This document shows, in pieces, positions 13,950 to 26,099 of a DNA stretch of 64,000 nt. The stretch covers positions 2,046,001 to 2,110,000 of the forward strand of contig JAYWIR010000032.1 in the NCBI GenBank assembly GCA_036172245.1. The letters are read 5' to 3'. This DNA comes from Raillietiella orientalis. Its lineage: Eukaryota. The notes under the pieces are model-generated. The model was given only the letters and a program-made list of their open reading frames with translations, did no database searches and was not told the DNA's origin. Positions within the stretch are counted from its first letter, which is position 1, and every line of letters starts with the position of its first letter. The translations under genes and the position numbers were made by a program.

Positions 13950-15500
13950 GAGCGTTTACTTAGCACGCCACTCTGGCAGAAGGGGGGGAGGATGGGGGGG
14001 GAGTTCGCAGATTTGCAAACGAAAGCGCGGAAACCATCGCAACAGATCACCAGCTGCGCACGCCCTTCCAGTCGAAGGCATTCCTCCCCTTTGAACCGAA
14101 CTGGAGGCCTGGAAGCTGGACACACCGTCGAGATACCGATCCAGGGTGGACAGACGACCAATTCAGATGACCCCACGGCGGGAGGGCTATCCTACTTGCA
14201 CCTCAGTGCATCTCTCACCGAGGAACAAGCACCATCCCGATCGGATGTGGAAAACGCTGCTCCTAGGAAGATGCCCCAAGCAGCGAGATGGAAAGCTCCA
14301 CAACTCCAAGTGCCAGTCGCCAATTAACTCCACCTGCTTTGACCTTCTGCCCATGACTATCTGTTTTGCACTCTGACACGGTTCCACGAGTCATCAAGTG
14401 GTACCTGTAAAAGGAGAATGGGGAAATTCTCCGAAGCAACCTCCTCTCTCGTCGCTTCGTGTTCCTACGCGCTTCTGGATTTTCACGCGCGCCAACGCGA
14501 TGCCTCCTATTAGAGCCTCATTGCAAACGCGTTCCTTTCCAGATCTCCTGGAGTACAACCGGGCAACGCGGAACTGCGAGCGCCTACGAAGCTGCGAGCT
14601 GTCCACTCCGTCCTCTGTCCTTCGCCGTCGGCAAAAGCCCCATTTCGGAAACCGCAAGTCGAGCCGCCCTTGCAGATTCCATCACTTTTGCTCGCCTTTT
14701 AACCCTGGGCTGCTGATGAAATCGTTGAGCGATGGACGTCGATGGAAGATGAAACGTGACGAGGGCGGCTCAAGTGTTCCGATGTTTGCTCCCCCATTGG
14801 AGAACTCGAACATGCGAGGAGGCCTTGGACCGGCGGCAGGAAGGAAGGAAAAGTTCGGGAGAAGGCGTGCAGTCTCGTCTCATCTTCACTCCACCACTCT
14901 TGCTGGATGCGGGCCCACAGGAAGAAGGGTGGATTCTACAGGGTTCCCAGCCACGCCGTCCTGGGAACCCATAAACACAGCAGTCACGAACAGAAGCGCG
15001 GGAAGGCAAAGTGGTATGGTCGTGACATCCCGAGGGATGCCGGGAGAATGCAGCTGTAACCACGGATTTCATCGCATTCGTTTCCATGCGCTTCACTTTC
15101 GCTGCCTGTCAGGCAACATCGCGCAGCAGCGGAGCACTCGATTACCCCGAGGCCGCTTCGTCGGAAGAGGTTTCTCTGCGTGCGCTCCACCTTGTTCCGA
15201 CGTCGCCGGCACCGGAGACAGCGAGATGCACTCCTTTGGCCGTCCGCAGTCCATTGGGTCCTCCAGCGGCAACAGCGAGAAGGCAAAAAGAGCCGCGAGC
15301 GCTGGAATCGGAGAACCCACGAAACGCTTCAGCCCAGCCGTCGGTGCTCTCTGCTCCAGCTGGCAGCTCGTCTCGTGACAGAGGGAAACGGGCGGCGCAA
15401 TGTGGTCTGGAAGCGCCCTCCCTCCGCCACCCAGGAAGGGGGCAGCTCCCTGGAGTGAAAGTTTCCCTCGTGGACGATTTTTCTCCGACAGCCCGTTGCT
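13950..15500 (-). mobile_element. L1/Tx1-type ORF2 C-terminal fragment (thumb region to end)
   Basis: RNKVERTQRNLFRRSGLGVIEC (KV.R......GGLG motif) near 15190-15130 and IWKER near 14540. Heavily frameshifted. Confidence 0.5.
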
Positions 15501-15544
15501 TCCTGTGACCGTCCAGAAATTTGGGGCCGGTGACCTAGTCCTCA

Positions 15545-16188
15545 CCCTATGAATCCGGAGCCTTTCCTGGGTGCATAGGTCGCTCTCTATAACTTGAAGA
15601 GTCACGCGCACCCTCAGGTGGCGTGGACAGTGTCAAAGAGCTCTGTCCGCCCTCTTCTCCCCCCCCCCCTCTCCCCAAGGAGGGAATTTTGTTTCCTTTT
15701 TTATTTTGTCCTTCTCCAGAGGGAACCCCGGAAAGGATGTGCTCCCTGTTTCCCCCCTCTGAAGAGAACCACGAAGGGACGCTTCCAAATTTTCTCTGAA
15801 GGGACCGCTCACCGATGGCAGCAGTGCCCTTTTTGAAACTCTGGAGAGGCAACTCCCCGAGGAGGGTATCAGTCAGTTCCATGGAACGCGATGGAGACTC
15901 TGTCTGAACCAACCGGAGGGGAACCTTTAAAGGAAGATTCCTCGATTCCTTGAAGCACCCTGGAGGGCCAACTTTGAACCTCAGCCACTCAGCGGGAGGG
16001 ACATCCGGAGGTTTCCGGCTTCCATCACCGCAGTAGCGTATCCGCGTAGACCAGCCAGCGTCATCTTGCCGGGGAGGACTCGAACCCACGACGCACCCAT
16101 TTCTCTTGCGTCGATCCTTCCCCGAACGGGATTCGAGCCCGCAACACGGCTGCCAACGAGACGAGACAAGTCTTCAACAGCCACGATA
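15545..16188 (-). mobile_element. tRNA-like LINE leader copy 2 (rearranged; distal part 15545-15650 is in opposite orientation)
   Basis: Minus strand reads GCGGGCTCGAATCCCG (16141-16127), GTCGTGGGTTCGAGTCC and monomers. The leader-tail motif ACTTGAAGAGTCACGCGCACCCTCAGGTGGCGTGG is on the plus strand. Confidence 0.65.
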
Positions 16189-16199
16189 TTTTTTCTTGC

Positions 16200-19100
16200 A
16201 GCGATCACGTCCCAGAGCTCGCCTAGCATTCCTCATAATGGAACCCAACAGTTTAGCAGAGATCGCCTCGTTGTGCTTGCTAAAAATTCGACATCCCGTA
16301 GATGTCACGGCAGAAGCAGTAGAAGGCAGCTGACACCAGCCAGCGATACTGCGGCCGGATACACGCAGCAGCCGTGGAAGAGCACGGGACGGCCGTTCTG
16401 ACCATGCTGGTGTGGGGTAGATCGTCGCATCACTCTCGAGGATGCGACTCGGTGGCAGCTGCTAGCGTGGGGATCTGTGAGTGCGAACATGGTGAATTGG
16501 CTGCCACCGTCTGAGAGCCACCCTCGCATTTTCCTGGGACAGAACCACCTTTTCTTGCTACATGTCTGGGACGACCTCTATCTTCGGGAGGTCCGTCCGC
16601 AGAATCACATGTCGTCTGGCCTACTCACAGTTGCGGCAGGGCCGGCAACCCTGGAAAGCGACCTTTTTGCTCTTCGGGATGTGCGAAGCTGAGCTCCTTC
16701 TCGTAGCCCTTTGTGGTGCCGATTGCCACAAAGAGCCATGAGGGCGATTTCTAGCTTCCGGAACCACCACACCGCAGTAGCGTCAAATCTTCAGGCATCC
16801 GCGCGCTGATAGAAGACCCTCGATCGCTCCGGCGCTTCCTCTGACGAAAATGCAGCTCACCTCAGGGTCGCGCAGCATCACGTGGAATCCTGGATGCCGA
16901 GCCAATCCCTCAGAAATAGGCTGCGCCGCATTCATTCCTCGTGGTTACGTGCTGATCTCGCGTGCAACACTGTGGGCGGCAAGGGGTCTTGTTGCCATGA
17001 CTCCTCCTCCCTCTCTCTTTCGTCCCAGGACTTGGTGCTCTGCGGGCTAGCGGGCTGCTGTCACGCCAGATGGGTGTCGCAACACGCTAACCAAGGAAAT
17101 CACCTGCTTGCAATCCCTTCCGGGATCGTACTTCCCTGACCTTGAACTTGCTTTCTTAAGGATCTTCTGGCCAAGTGTCACAGCCAATGAAATCTCCCCT
17201 AATCATTTCCCTATTCCCCACAAGCAGGTTCCTTCGGCACAGACCCTGCTCAAGCGCCTCGCGTGTCCGTGAAAGGTCCTCTCTTTTACTCGACCTTTGC
17301 GTGGTCCTGAAGTGCCTGCGTGACCCAAATGTGGTTTGCGCAACCCGAGATCCTGGCGTCTGCTCCATTCCAACAAGTCGTCTAAGCCTCCCTCCATACC
17401 AAATTCACGCCTCATCAACATTCCTGGGGCAAGACCTTGCGCTTGACGAAGGATGCTGCACTTTCGCTTTATTCGGTTCTTCAGCATCCATTGGGAGTTC
17501 CAGCGGGTGGATGAGGTAGTTCGATCAACCCCCACTTGAAGAGGATGAGTTGCGATGCCATCCAGTATCTTGACTGCGGGCAACGTTCACGTCCACGGGC
17601 GCCATTCGCCCCTCGAGGTGCGAGCTCCGTTCGTTCGGACGACCCTCAGCGGAAGACCAGAAGTCAGACGTGACCGAACAACGGGGCATGTCCGCCAACA
17701 GGACTCCCTTCCCTGGCTCTGTAGACCGGTTCTCGGCATGCACGGCTACCTCTCGGATAGGTCCAGGCTGGCTTCCCTAGCTCTACCCCTACAGATCTCC
17801 CACGAATGGCAGTTTGACTTCCGGAATGAAAAATTGGCAAAAACCAATTGACCTTCAAGTGATGTCTCTCATGTATTTTTCCTCAACCTTGTAGTTGGGC
17901 CCAGCACGTAACCAACCGTCTTCTGATGGAAGCGAACAGCTGAACTCCGGCATTCCGAAACCCCTACGGGAGGATCGCCCGCAATACAAGCAAATCGGAA
18001 AGAGCTCTTGTGAAAGTGCGTGTCCATGGATACCAAGAGCAAAGCAGAAATCACGGCAGACCCGCGCGCCTGTGATGCAAGCAGCAGCGGCAATGATCAA
18101 ATCAACTGAAGCAGCCCTCACGGCTCACTTGCTCGTCTCAGCAAGCAGGGAACAGCTACGTCACTAGGTCCAAAAAGTACAGGGACCTTCAGCTGGAGTA
18201 TTTCTCAACCTTCCCTGCTGAAAGGAAAATTAACATTCTGGGATATGCTCCGGTACATGAAAGCTTGAGACTCCGTCTCTTTGGGGCGGCGGCGCTGATC
18301 TCAGAGAGGCTTCCTTGCGTTTGGATCTTTGGTTCAGCCTTGCTGGAGGTCTGCGAGGACAGTCAGCCTTGATACAGCAACCGGACCCTACAATTCCCAC
18401 GAAATTGTGGACGCTCCTGCCCATAACCTTCCGATCACCCTACAGTCTCGGCAAAGTAGGTTGTCTTGTGGCAGGAAATCGCTCTCCTTCCGACTAACTG
18501 CATGTTCAAGGCCTGGAAATAGAAACAGGATCCTTCAGGATTTCCTCGTTCGAAGCAGCCTCCCTGGACTACATCGGTTTAACCGATCAGATGCTGCTCG
18601 GGAAGTAGCTGGAGTCTTCCGCAACCACTCTTTCCGATGCTCTGGAACGCCGACGGAATGCCCGACAGGGTTCCCCGGAACTGTCTGTAGGGAGGGGAGG
18701 GAGTGAGGGGGCGCCAACCCTCAGTCGAGCTCCGTGCGGCGACTGCAGCAGACGGAGTAGCAAACTCCTGAAACTCATCCTCAGCTTCTGCCTGAGGGCG
18801 GTGGGGATCCTTTGTGGAGTTCTGCTTTCACTGCTTTCCTTCCAGCTTTTTTTTTTTCTCGGGTTTTCTTTTTTTTTTGGTTCGCCAATTGCCGAAGAGC
18901 CGTCCGCCTTCTTACGGGGAACCCACGAAACCCCTTGGCTCTGTCCGTGCTACCCGAGGGTGCGTGTAACTTTTCCACTTCTAGTGGGTGACCCAGTAGG
19001 GACCATCCGACGAATCCAAGGGTTCCGGAGGAAGGAGTCCCTTCCTCTTGAGCTTGGGAGAGAACCCCGCAGGATCTTCCTCATTTTCTCCGGAGGGACT

Positions 19101-19655
19101 CCGCAGAGGGAAGAATGCTCTTCGTCTCTTCTCCGAAGGGAACCCGGAAAGGAACCGCCCCTGGAATTTCCTCTCTGGAGGGAACCCCCGCAAGGGAACC
19201 GCTTCTCGTTTCCTCCTCTGAAGAAGATCTTAAAAATACGCTTCCAGATTTTCCTAAAGGCGCTCTCCGAAGAGAACAGTGCGCTTCTGACACTTGGAGA
19301 TGAGACTCACCGATTGGGGTGCTGACCAGCTCCATGGCACTCAATGGAGGATCGCTTTCTGAGGGGAGGGACCGCTTCATTTCCACAACTGGAGGAGAAC
19401 CCCGAAGGAGGTTTGATCCCTGGTTTCAGGATCCCGGAGCGCCAGCTTCCGATCCCGTCCACTTAACGGGAGCATCCAAGGGTTTCCGGGTTCCACCAGT
19501 GCTGCCGCACCCGAAGTCCAGCGTTATCCCTCGAGGAGACTCGCAACCCACGACGATCCACCCCTTTCTCTGCGTTGATCCTTCTTTCCTAGGGTGGGAT
19601 TTGAACCCGCAACGCTCGGTGCCACGTGCGGAGACCGCAGCCACATGGAACCGCC
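16200..19655 (-). mobile_element. Decayed L1/Tx1-type LINE, 5' half: tRNA-like leader copy 3 (19655-18800), ORF1 remnant, ORF2 APE endonuclease remnant
   Basis: Head GGTTCCATGTGGCTGCGG...GCGGGTTCAAATCCCAC. Degenerate CCHC knuckles CFALGIHGH..PICLYCG lie at ~18050-17960 and an APE-like NLLVG..RGDF motif at ~17200. Many stops and frameshifts. Confidence 0.65.
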
Positions 19656-19699
19656 CACGCGCCGATCGATGACCTTCGCCATCGGAGAGGTCATCCCAC

Positions 19700-21681
19700 G
19701 ACTTGCCATCGTCCTTCTTTCCAGTAGCTTTGATTTCCTCCCATGTTGGTTCCACGTTCGAGGGGCGGGATGGGGTGGCTCAGTTCGAAACTCTGGGATG
19801 GGACAGCGCAGAGCGCAGGCGAAGAGTCTGCCCTTTGGTAGCTCACTTTCTCCCAGTGCCTTGGAAGCACGCGCCCGATGGCAGGATCCATTGGTGCGGC
19901 CGGTGTCATCTCCACACCAGCAAAGGCCTTTGCCGCTCGGCCGTTGTTCTCTTGCGGTTTCGCGGAAGCCAGAAGTCAGGGGTTCCGTTCGTAAGAACGC
20001 GCGCACTCCCTCTGCTGCTACTAAAGAACCAGGATGCTAACCTCAGGGAGAAGTTACTGCGATACCACTTTGTTTCCGTGGCCCCGACCGCACTTCGGGA
20101 GCATCTGCTTCCTGGGCCGCTGCCGGCGCCCCCTCACGAGCGCATGCGCCTCTGGAGAGCAAACCGCCCGGCGGAAGGGAGCAAAGGGTATCTCGTTGTT
20201 GCCATAGGGTTCTCTTCGTGCCAACCCGCCTGCCTCGGCAACCGAACTTCCCGCGGCTCTATCACCACCGAAGACGTCAAATTTGATCGGTAAAAAATAA
20301 GCATGCATGGAACAATCATGCTCTTTGCTGAGCGTACACATGTACACATGAAGTACAAACACGCATGCGGGGTCATTGGGTGGAAAGCGATCACTTCTTC
20401 CTTTGTCCGTTGAAGCAAGAGTTCCAAGTACCCCACCACCTTCTTGAACGCCCATCTTTACAAGCACCTGTTGAAGGTGCAGTGTACGCCGGAGCGCGAC
20501 GCTCTGTACCATCCTCCACTCGGCGCTCTTCGTCAAAAGAGAGGACATGGACTTGTCTGACATTCAGATCAAATCCTTGGTCATCGACCGTGACCTTGAC
20601 GTTTTGGATCTCGAATCCTGAGTCACCGTACTGAATTGCATCTACAAGAATCAGAAGATCGTTGTCGTCTGCCTCTATCCTTCTCATTCCTCATCCCAGG
20701 GTTTTGCTCTCCCATTCCAGAGCAGCTGCTCCAGGTCCTACTGCTTCTGAAGATCGATTCCAGCTTTTCGGCGAGACCCGCTCTGGCCGACGTCGACGGG
20801 TCACGGAATGGGCTCCTTGCAGCCTGCCCGACACACGATAGGCGTCATCCCGAAACTCCAGAGAGACGAGGCCATCTTGCTGTCCTCGTCGCGAAGGGTA
20901 GGAAGGACGATGGAAATCCTTCTGGGTTCTTTGTTGTCTTCTCTGTTTCCCTTTCCGCTTTTCTTTGATACCTCAAGAACCGTCGCGCGCCTTGCGGCTC
21001 ATGCAGTTCTTTGACGCCGTTCCACGCCACCCGAGGGTGCGTGTAGTAACTCTTCGAGGTATAGGGAGTACCCCAGAGGTGCCACCCTATGAATCCAAGA
21101 AGGGCTATGGATAAGGGAGGAATCCTCTCCTCTCACGCCTGGGGATGGATCCCCGAAGGGAAATCACCTCCACCCTGGTTGTCTCCGAAGGGAATCTCGA
21201 AAGGAGTCTCCTTCCTTATTCTCTGCGGAGGGACCCCGAAAGGTCCGCTCCATTTTTTCTTCTCCGGAGGAAACCCTCAAGGGAACGCTCCTGTTTTATT
21301 TTTTGGAGAGAACCCCGAAGGGAGCGGCATGCTTCTTTGCACTCTGGAGAGGTATCATCAATCCACCAGCTCCATAGTACGAGACGGAGTGCCCATCCAC
21401 GAGGGGGAGGGACGGCTCCTTTCCACAACCGGAGGGTCTCCCACTCCTTGATTCCTGGAAGGGGTCCGGAGCGTCGACTGCCAATCCCGGCCACTCATCG
21501 GGGGCATGCGGTTTGAGCCGCTACCAGTATCACACCGGAATGAATGCAGGCCAACCAGCGTCATCTCGCGGGAGGAACTCCAACCCACGACGCACTCCCA
21601 TCTCTCGGCGTCCATTCTTTCCGAAAATTCGAACCCGAGACGCCTGGTGCCACGCGCGGGGACCTCAGCAGCCACATGGCC
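19700..21681 (-). mobile_element. Decayed L1/Tx1-type LINE: tRNA-like leader copy 4 (21681-20900) plus ORF1 remnant
   Basis: Head GGCCATGTGGCTGC...CTCGGGTTCGAAT and monomer array 21130-21330. Downstream are VKVTV..(RRM-like) and degenerate C..C...GH knuckles near 20150-20080. Confidence 0.6.
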
Positions 21682-21699
21682 TCCAACACATCCTACGGT

Positions 21700-23600
21700 G
21701 CTTTGCCGCTCCCTCGAACAGCGAGCCACGACCTCTGTTCTAACGCGGCACAGCCACCATCGCGATGGGTTCTGTGCACGAGTCCTCGAAGTGCAGCTGA
21801 GGAGAGAGCTCTCTGGATCCCTGGACCAGCTCCAAGGTGCTGCCACCTACTGGAGAAGGGGCTCACGATTCAGTACCAAGGGCAGAAATCGATCGTCCGG
21901 CGCCTGGCACAGTCTGAGGACGCGTTCCCCTGCGTCCGATGGTGCACGCGTCGATTGCGTGGGAACACCCCCGAAGCAAGAAAAGTGCCACCGCGTGCTG
22001 CCACCGGGGGCGAAATGAGCTGTCGGAGGGGATGGCGGGAGTCACCAGCTCATCAGCATCCAGAGGGACGTTTGTGATCTCTGCGTGCCTGAAGTCATCG
22101 GGAGGCCTACCCTTGGCGTCGCCAGGTCGCTTAGCGACCGTCAGCCACTCGCCAGGGACCCCAGACCACTGTCTTCACGCTTTTACAAAGAAGAGTCCAG
22201 AATCATGGAGGCTTTGACCCTGTCGACTTCTTCAAGTCCTATCGTACCTCCTCCAGCGAAGTGCTGGACGGGACGAAGAAGGTGTGGACTGATCTCCGTC
22301 GCCAATCTTCGGATGTTAGCATCCTGCTTTCTCCAAGCAGCTGATTGGCCGGCATGAGATTCACGGACGAAGGTGCTGGTAGAGAACAGAAGGTCTCGAT
22401 GCCGAGACAGATGCCTATAAATCTCACGTCAGGGAGGTTCTCATGGAGCATGGAGTATTCCGTGTAGCAGGTGACATCTAACGGCTGAAAGAAATGCCAC
22501 ATGTGGTCAGCCAGCCATGCCGCAAACAGCTCGGTGTCTGGCGGCGAACAAAATGCACCGGACATAGGCAGATCCACCTCCACCTGGTGAAGCAGAATGG
22601 GAAAGCAGCGGAAGATGGGGACCTCGAAGAGGCCGATGGGAGTTTCCTCTGCAGAGGTGTCATCAAAACCTCCCTTCGAAAATCCTCCTGAGGGTGAAAC
22701 CCCGGCCAGTCCATCTCGGCATCCTGGCCAGGTCCTGGCCAGGAGGCTGAGATGTCAGAGGAGCACTGGAGAGTGCTCTAAGAATCAGATTATTCCATAT
22801 ACGCTCTTCTCTCCTTACATCCACCCAACCGGGCAGAACCTCCCACGAGCGGATTGTGCCTCTGGAGATGACTGGAGGACAACAGGAGAGATCGGTAGCT
22901 GATATGAAGCTGTGAATGTCCCCACTTCTATGACAACAACTCTGGTTCTGCGGCTGGAGATTCGTCCACCGCTCTGGAGATCGAAGAAGCACAGAGCTAC
23001 ACCGCCTTCTTGACCAGGAAACCTCCAGGGACTTACCCTCCAGGAAACGCACTCTCTAGGAAGATCCTGAGCAGGCCAGGATTTAAGCGACAACCCAGGA
23101 TTTAAGCCATAGGTTTGAGCACTAAAGTAAATAATGTCTTCTCCGGCAGTGCTGTCCAGATCTCTATCTGGACTATCTATTCCCTTCTGGAATGGTAGGA
23201 TCCTGACTGAGCATGGATTCGCGGAGAGCGTCGTGGAGGCTCTGCTGAGCTGCATTCCATCTGCGATGCCATTCCGGACACACCGCGAACTCTCATGCCC
23301 TCCAGAAGCAGCAGCTCCGTCCTTTCCTTCCTAGACGTTTTCTGTGCGTGGACTATTCCCTCGGATGGCCTTCGGACTTGTCCCAGCATCTCCGACGCGG
23401 CATGCGTTCTCCCGAAGCTGTGAATCGCAACCCTCACCTCACTGGTGTGGGCGTACAGATGGCATCTCGGCACTGGGCCCTATTTGCTCTGCTGACCACT
23501 TGATCAACCACGTCGTTTGTTAGGTGGTAGTCGGGTTCCCCTTGCCGTGGTAGCCCTGAGACCATCACCCGAACGTGACGGAAGTCGCGTCCAGGTTTCC
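21700..23600 (-). mobile_element. L1/Tx1-type ORF2 reverse transcriptase/thumb remnant
   Basis: Degenerate RT motifs appear in the expected order (ILPFQKG..RDL; LCFFDLQ; LCKSVK.SGLG.P). Confidence 0.45.
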
Positions 23601-23874
23601 CTGGAAACCAGATTCACAGTTCTCTGCTTCATCGGAATTTGAGCGTTGCTTCGTGTGAAAGATTCCAGATTGCATGAGAAGATGGAGGGGGGGAGGGGAC
23701 TTACTTCCAGCTTCCAACGTTTTGTGGGCTCAGCTAGCTTCGCCCTTGCGAGCCACGAGTTGAGGCCTGCAATGGATGCTCAAGGTGTTCCTCGTCCAGG
23801 TGAGGACAAGGGCACCTCTGGGAGTGGATCAGCCTTGGCGGCCGCGTGGCTACGTGTGCTCTCCGCTCGTGGCA

Positions 23875-24539
23875 GCAAAGCGATTTTTTCATTTCAAGTG
23901 GGACGTGAAGCAACAGAAACTGCTCTAAATATCAAGTTTGTTTTTGGCGAAGAGTCAATCAGTAGTGAACGTACAGTCCAACACTGCTTCCAAGAGTTTC
24001 GTGATGGAAACGAAAGTCTGGAAAATGAGGGGAGTCGTGGGCATCCTTCAGCTACAGGCAATAGTGATTTAAGAACCACTATTGAAGCGGACCCAGGTAA
24101 AACAACTCGAGAGTGGCAGAAGAACTCAATGTGGATCATTCAACAGCCGTTCGAAATTTGAACCTGATTGGAATAACGAAAGAGATGGATTAAGATGATC
24201 CCTTTCTCGATTGCCTCCTCACGCGTGACGAAAAGGGGATTCTCTAGGAAACGTTCATCGTAGTGGCTGCACCGAAGAGAAGCACCGAAACGGTTTCCTA
24301 AACCGGAGCCTCATGAAAAAGAGATTACGGTCACTGTTTGGTGGTCGGCAAGTGGCATCATTCGCTACAACTTCTCAAATCCTGGTGAAGCAACAACAGC
24401 AGAAGAATACTGCCAGGAAACGGAAAAAATGCATGGGAAGCTGCATTTTAACGGCCAGCATTGAAGGACCGAAGAGGATCCTTCTTCATGATAACGCCCG
24501 ATACGTAGAAACCGCAATTGTTTTTGCACCAACCTAATA
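23875..24539 (+). mobile_element. Mariner (Hsmar1/cecropia-subfamily-like) transposon remnant, internally deleted, with right TIR
   Basis: Frameshifted translation GREATETALNIKFVFG..ERTVQHCFQEFRDGNESLENE..GHPS..LRTTIEADP.KTTRE / DPFLD.LLT.DEK.IL / WLHRREAPKRFPKP..HEK..TVTVWWSASGII / ILLHDNAR. This is followed directly by AAACCGCAATTGTTTTTGCACCAACCTAA plus TA (24509-24539), a mariner TIR. Confidence 0.92.
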
Positions 24540-24696
24540 TATCTATTAATATAGAAATTCATCTAAAGATTAATGTAAATTATAAAGATTATATGTGCTT
24601 ATTGTGCATATTGATAGATAGGTAGATTAACATGCTGATTTATTTCAACATCCTCGTCAATGGCAATGAAAGGAATTGAAAAATTCTTTGGCAAAG

Positions 24697-25592
24697 GATG
24701 AGCTCCGCACCCGAAGGGTTAAGTAAGGGTATAATACGAAAACAATAGGGATGGTCCTTCACAGTCTTCCACTCTTCTTGTTTGTGCATAGACTTGTATA
24801 TCGTTGCTGTGCAACGGGGGAGGAAACGTTGCCTCATATACTGAGTGAGGCACTCGGCTATGTACACGGCAAGGCATGACGCCAAGGTCGCTATTGCGGG
24901 GTCGCCTTTTGGTGAGTGTAGCCGTTTAATCGCTGGACCAGCCCTCTTCTTCAAGGACGGACTCCTGCGCCCTGTCGTACAGCCGCTGACTCGGCCAATG
25001 GCGTCCAATATGTGCCTCGGCTGTGACTGATACAGCATGCGACCATCAGTTGTGCCATTTTTATGGAATAAGATCCAGGAATGCCAAGATCCCGAAGGAC
25101 TCCATCATTTTTTAGGATCCCGTGATCCGACACCACAGTGGCATGAACTTCCACTTGCAGACCTCTCTGCGCTAGTTGGGAGGCCATCTCTTGATGTTTC
25201 CCTTCCTTCTGTATTCTTGCATTATGGAAAGCCTCCTCCCCGTTTCCAAAGAGGCATGTTACATCTATCAGGGTCATCCCATTTCCTTTCGGCGGAACGA
25301 GGCCTGGCCGAAGTGTCGACTTGATCCCAGGGGCGCGTTGGTTACTTTGCAACTACTTTCCATCCTGCAGTAGAGGTGGCGGCATTTCTTATCCTTTCCA
25401 CCATTGCGTCACGCCTTGCCGTGTACATAGCCGAGTGCCTCACTCGGTATATGAGGCAACGTTTCCTCCCCCGTTGCACAGCAACGATATCACAAGTCAA
25501 TGCACAAACGAGAAGAGTGGAAGACGGTGAAGGACCATCCCTATTGTTTTCGTATTATACCCTTACTTAACCCTTCGGGTGCGGAGCCCATC
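24697..25592. repeat. Inverted repeat, ~192-bp arms (24697-24888 and 25400-25592), ~95% identical
   Basis: Direct comparison gave about 9 differences by hand count. The 511-bp spacer carries the RLE fragment. Confidence 0.95.
24951..25352 (-). mobile_element. Utopia/NeSL-like restriction-like endonuclease domain fragment
   Basis: LRPGLV....TLIDVTCLFGNGEEAFHNARIQKEGKH...GLQVEVHATVV...NDGVLRDLGIP..Y..KMAQLMVACCISHSRGTYW matches the PD..D..PFEN..AR..K..KY / SRDIY pattern. Confidence 0.85.
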
Positions 25593-26099
25593 AGATTCAA
25601 ACGTTCTGTGTCGACGGCACGCGAGTGGCAGCTGCGACCTCCGTGTACGGAACGCTCTTTCGCGTACCGCGTGCTCTGTCGAGGCACCGGCTGACCTTAT
25701 AAAGTGCTGATCAGAGTTGCTATTGGGACTATTTATGTGCACCACATTAAATGAAACAGTTTCACTTTTCCCAAATGTATGTTATTCACTTTCTAAAAAT
25801 TGTAATGATCATTCGAATGCATCAATGAGTCATCCGAGCGTGATACAGCTCAATAATGAATTATGTGCCGCACGGAGAAAGATCGAGAACAATCAGCCGA
25901 TATAAATAGAACTTTGTTTACTGTCGTTGCTAAGGGAATGGTAAGAACGTAAGCGTGTGTGCCCATCCCCAGCATTGATTGTGCCAACTTTTGTCGCGGG
26001 TGCAAGGCGAAAGCAGCAGAGACGGCGTTCCGCTTCTCTTCTTCGTTCTGTACTCCGCTGGTGGGGAGTACGGTCAACCTCATGGCCTGAATGAATCTG

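Noticed and set aside
14398..15378. 326-aa plus-strand ORF
   Set aside because: Antisense to an ORF2 remnant, R/S/P-rich, with no motifs.
24800..24870. Hammerhead or HDV-like ribozyme in the inverted arms
   Set aside because: CTGAGTGA does not match CUGANGA and is CCGA in the other arm. No HDV P1/P3/L3 arrangement could be fitted by eye.
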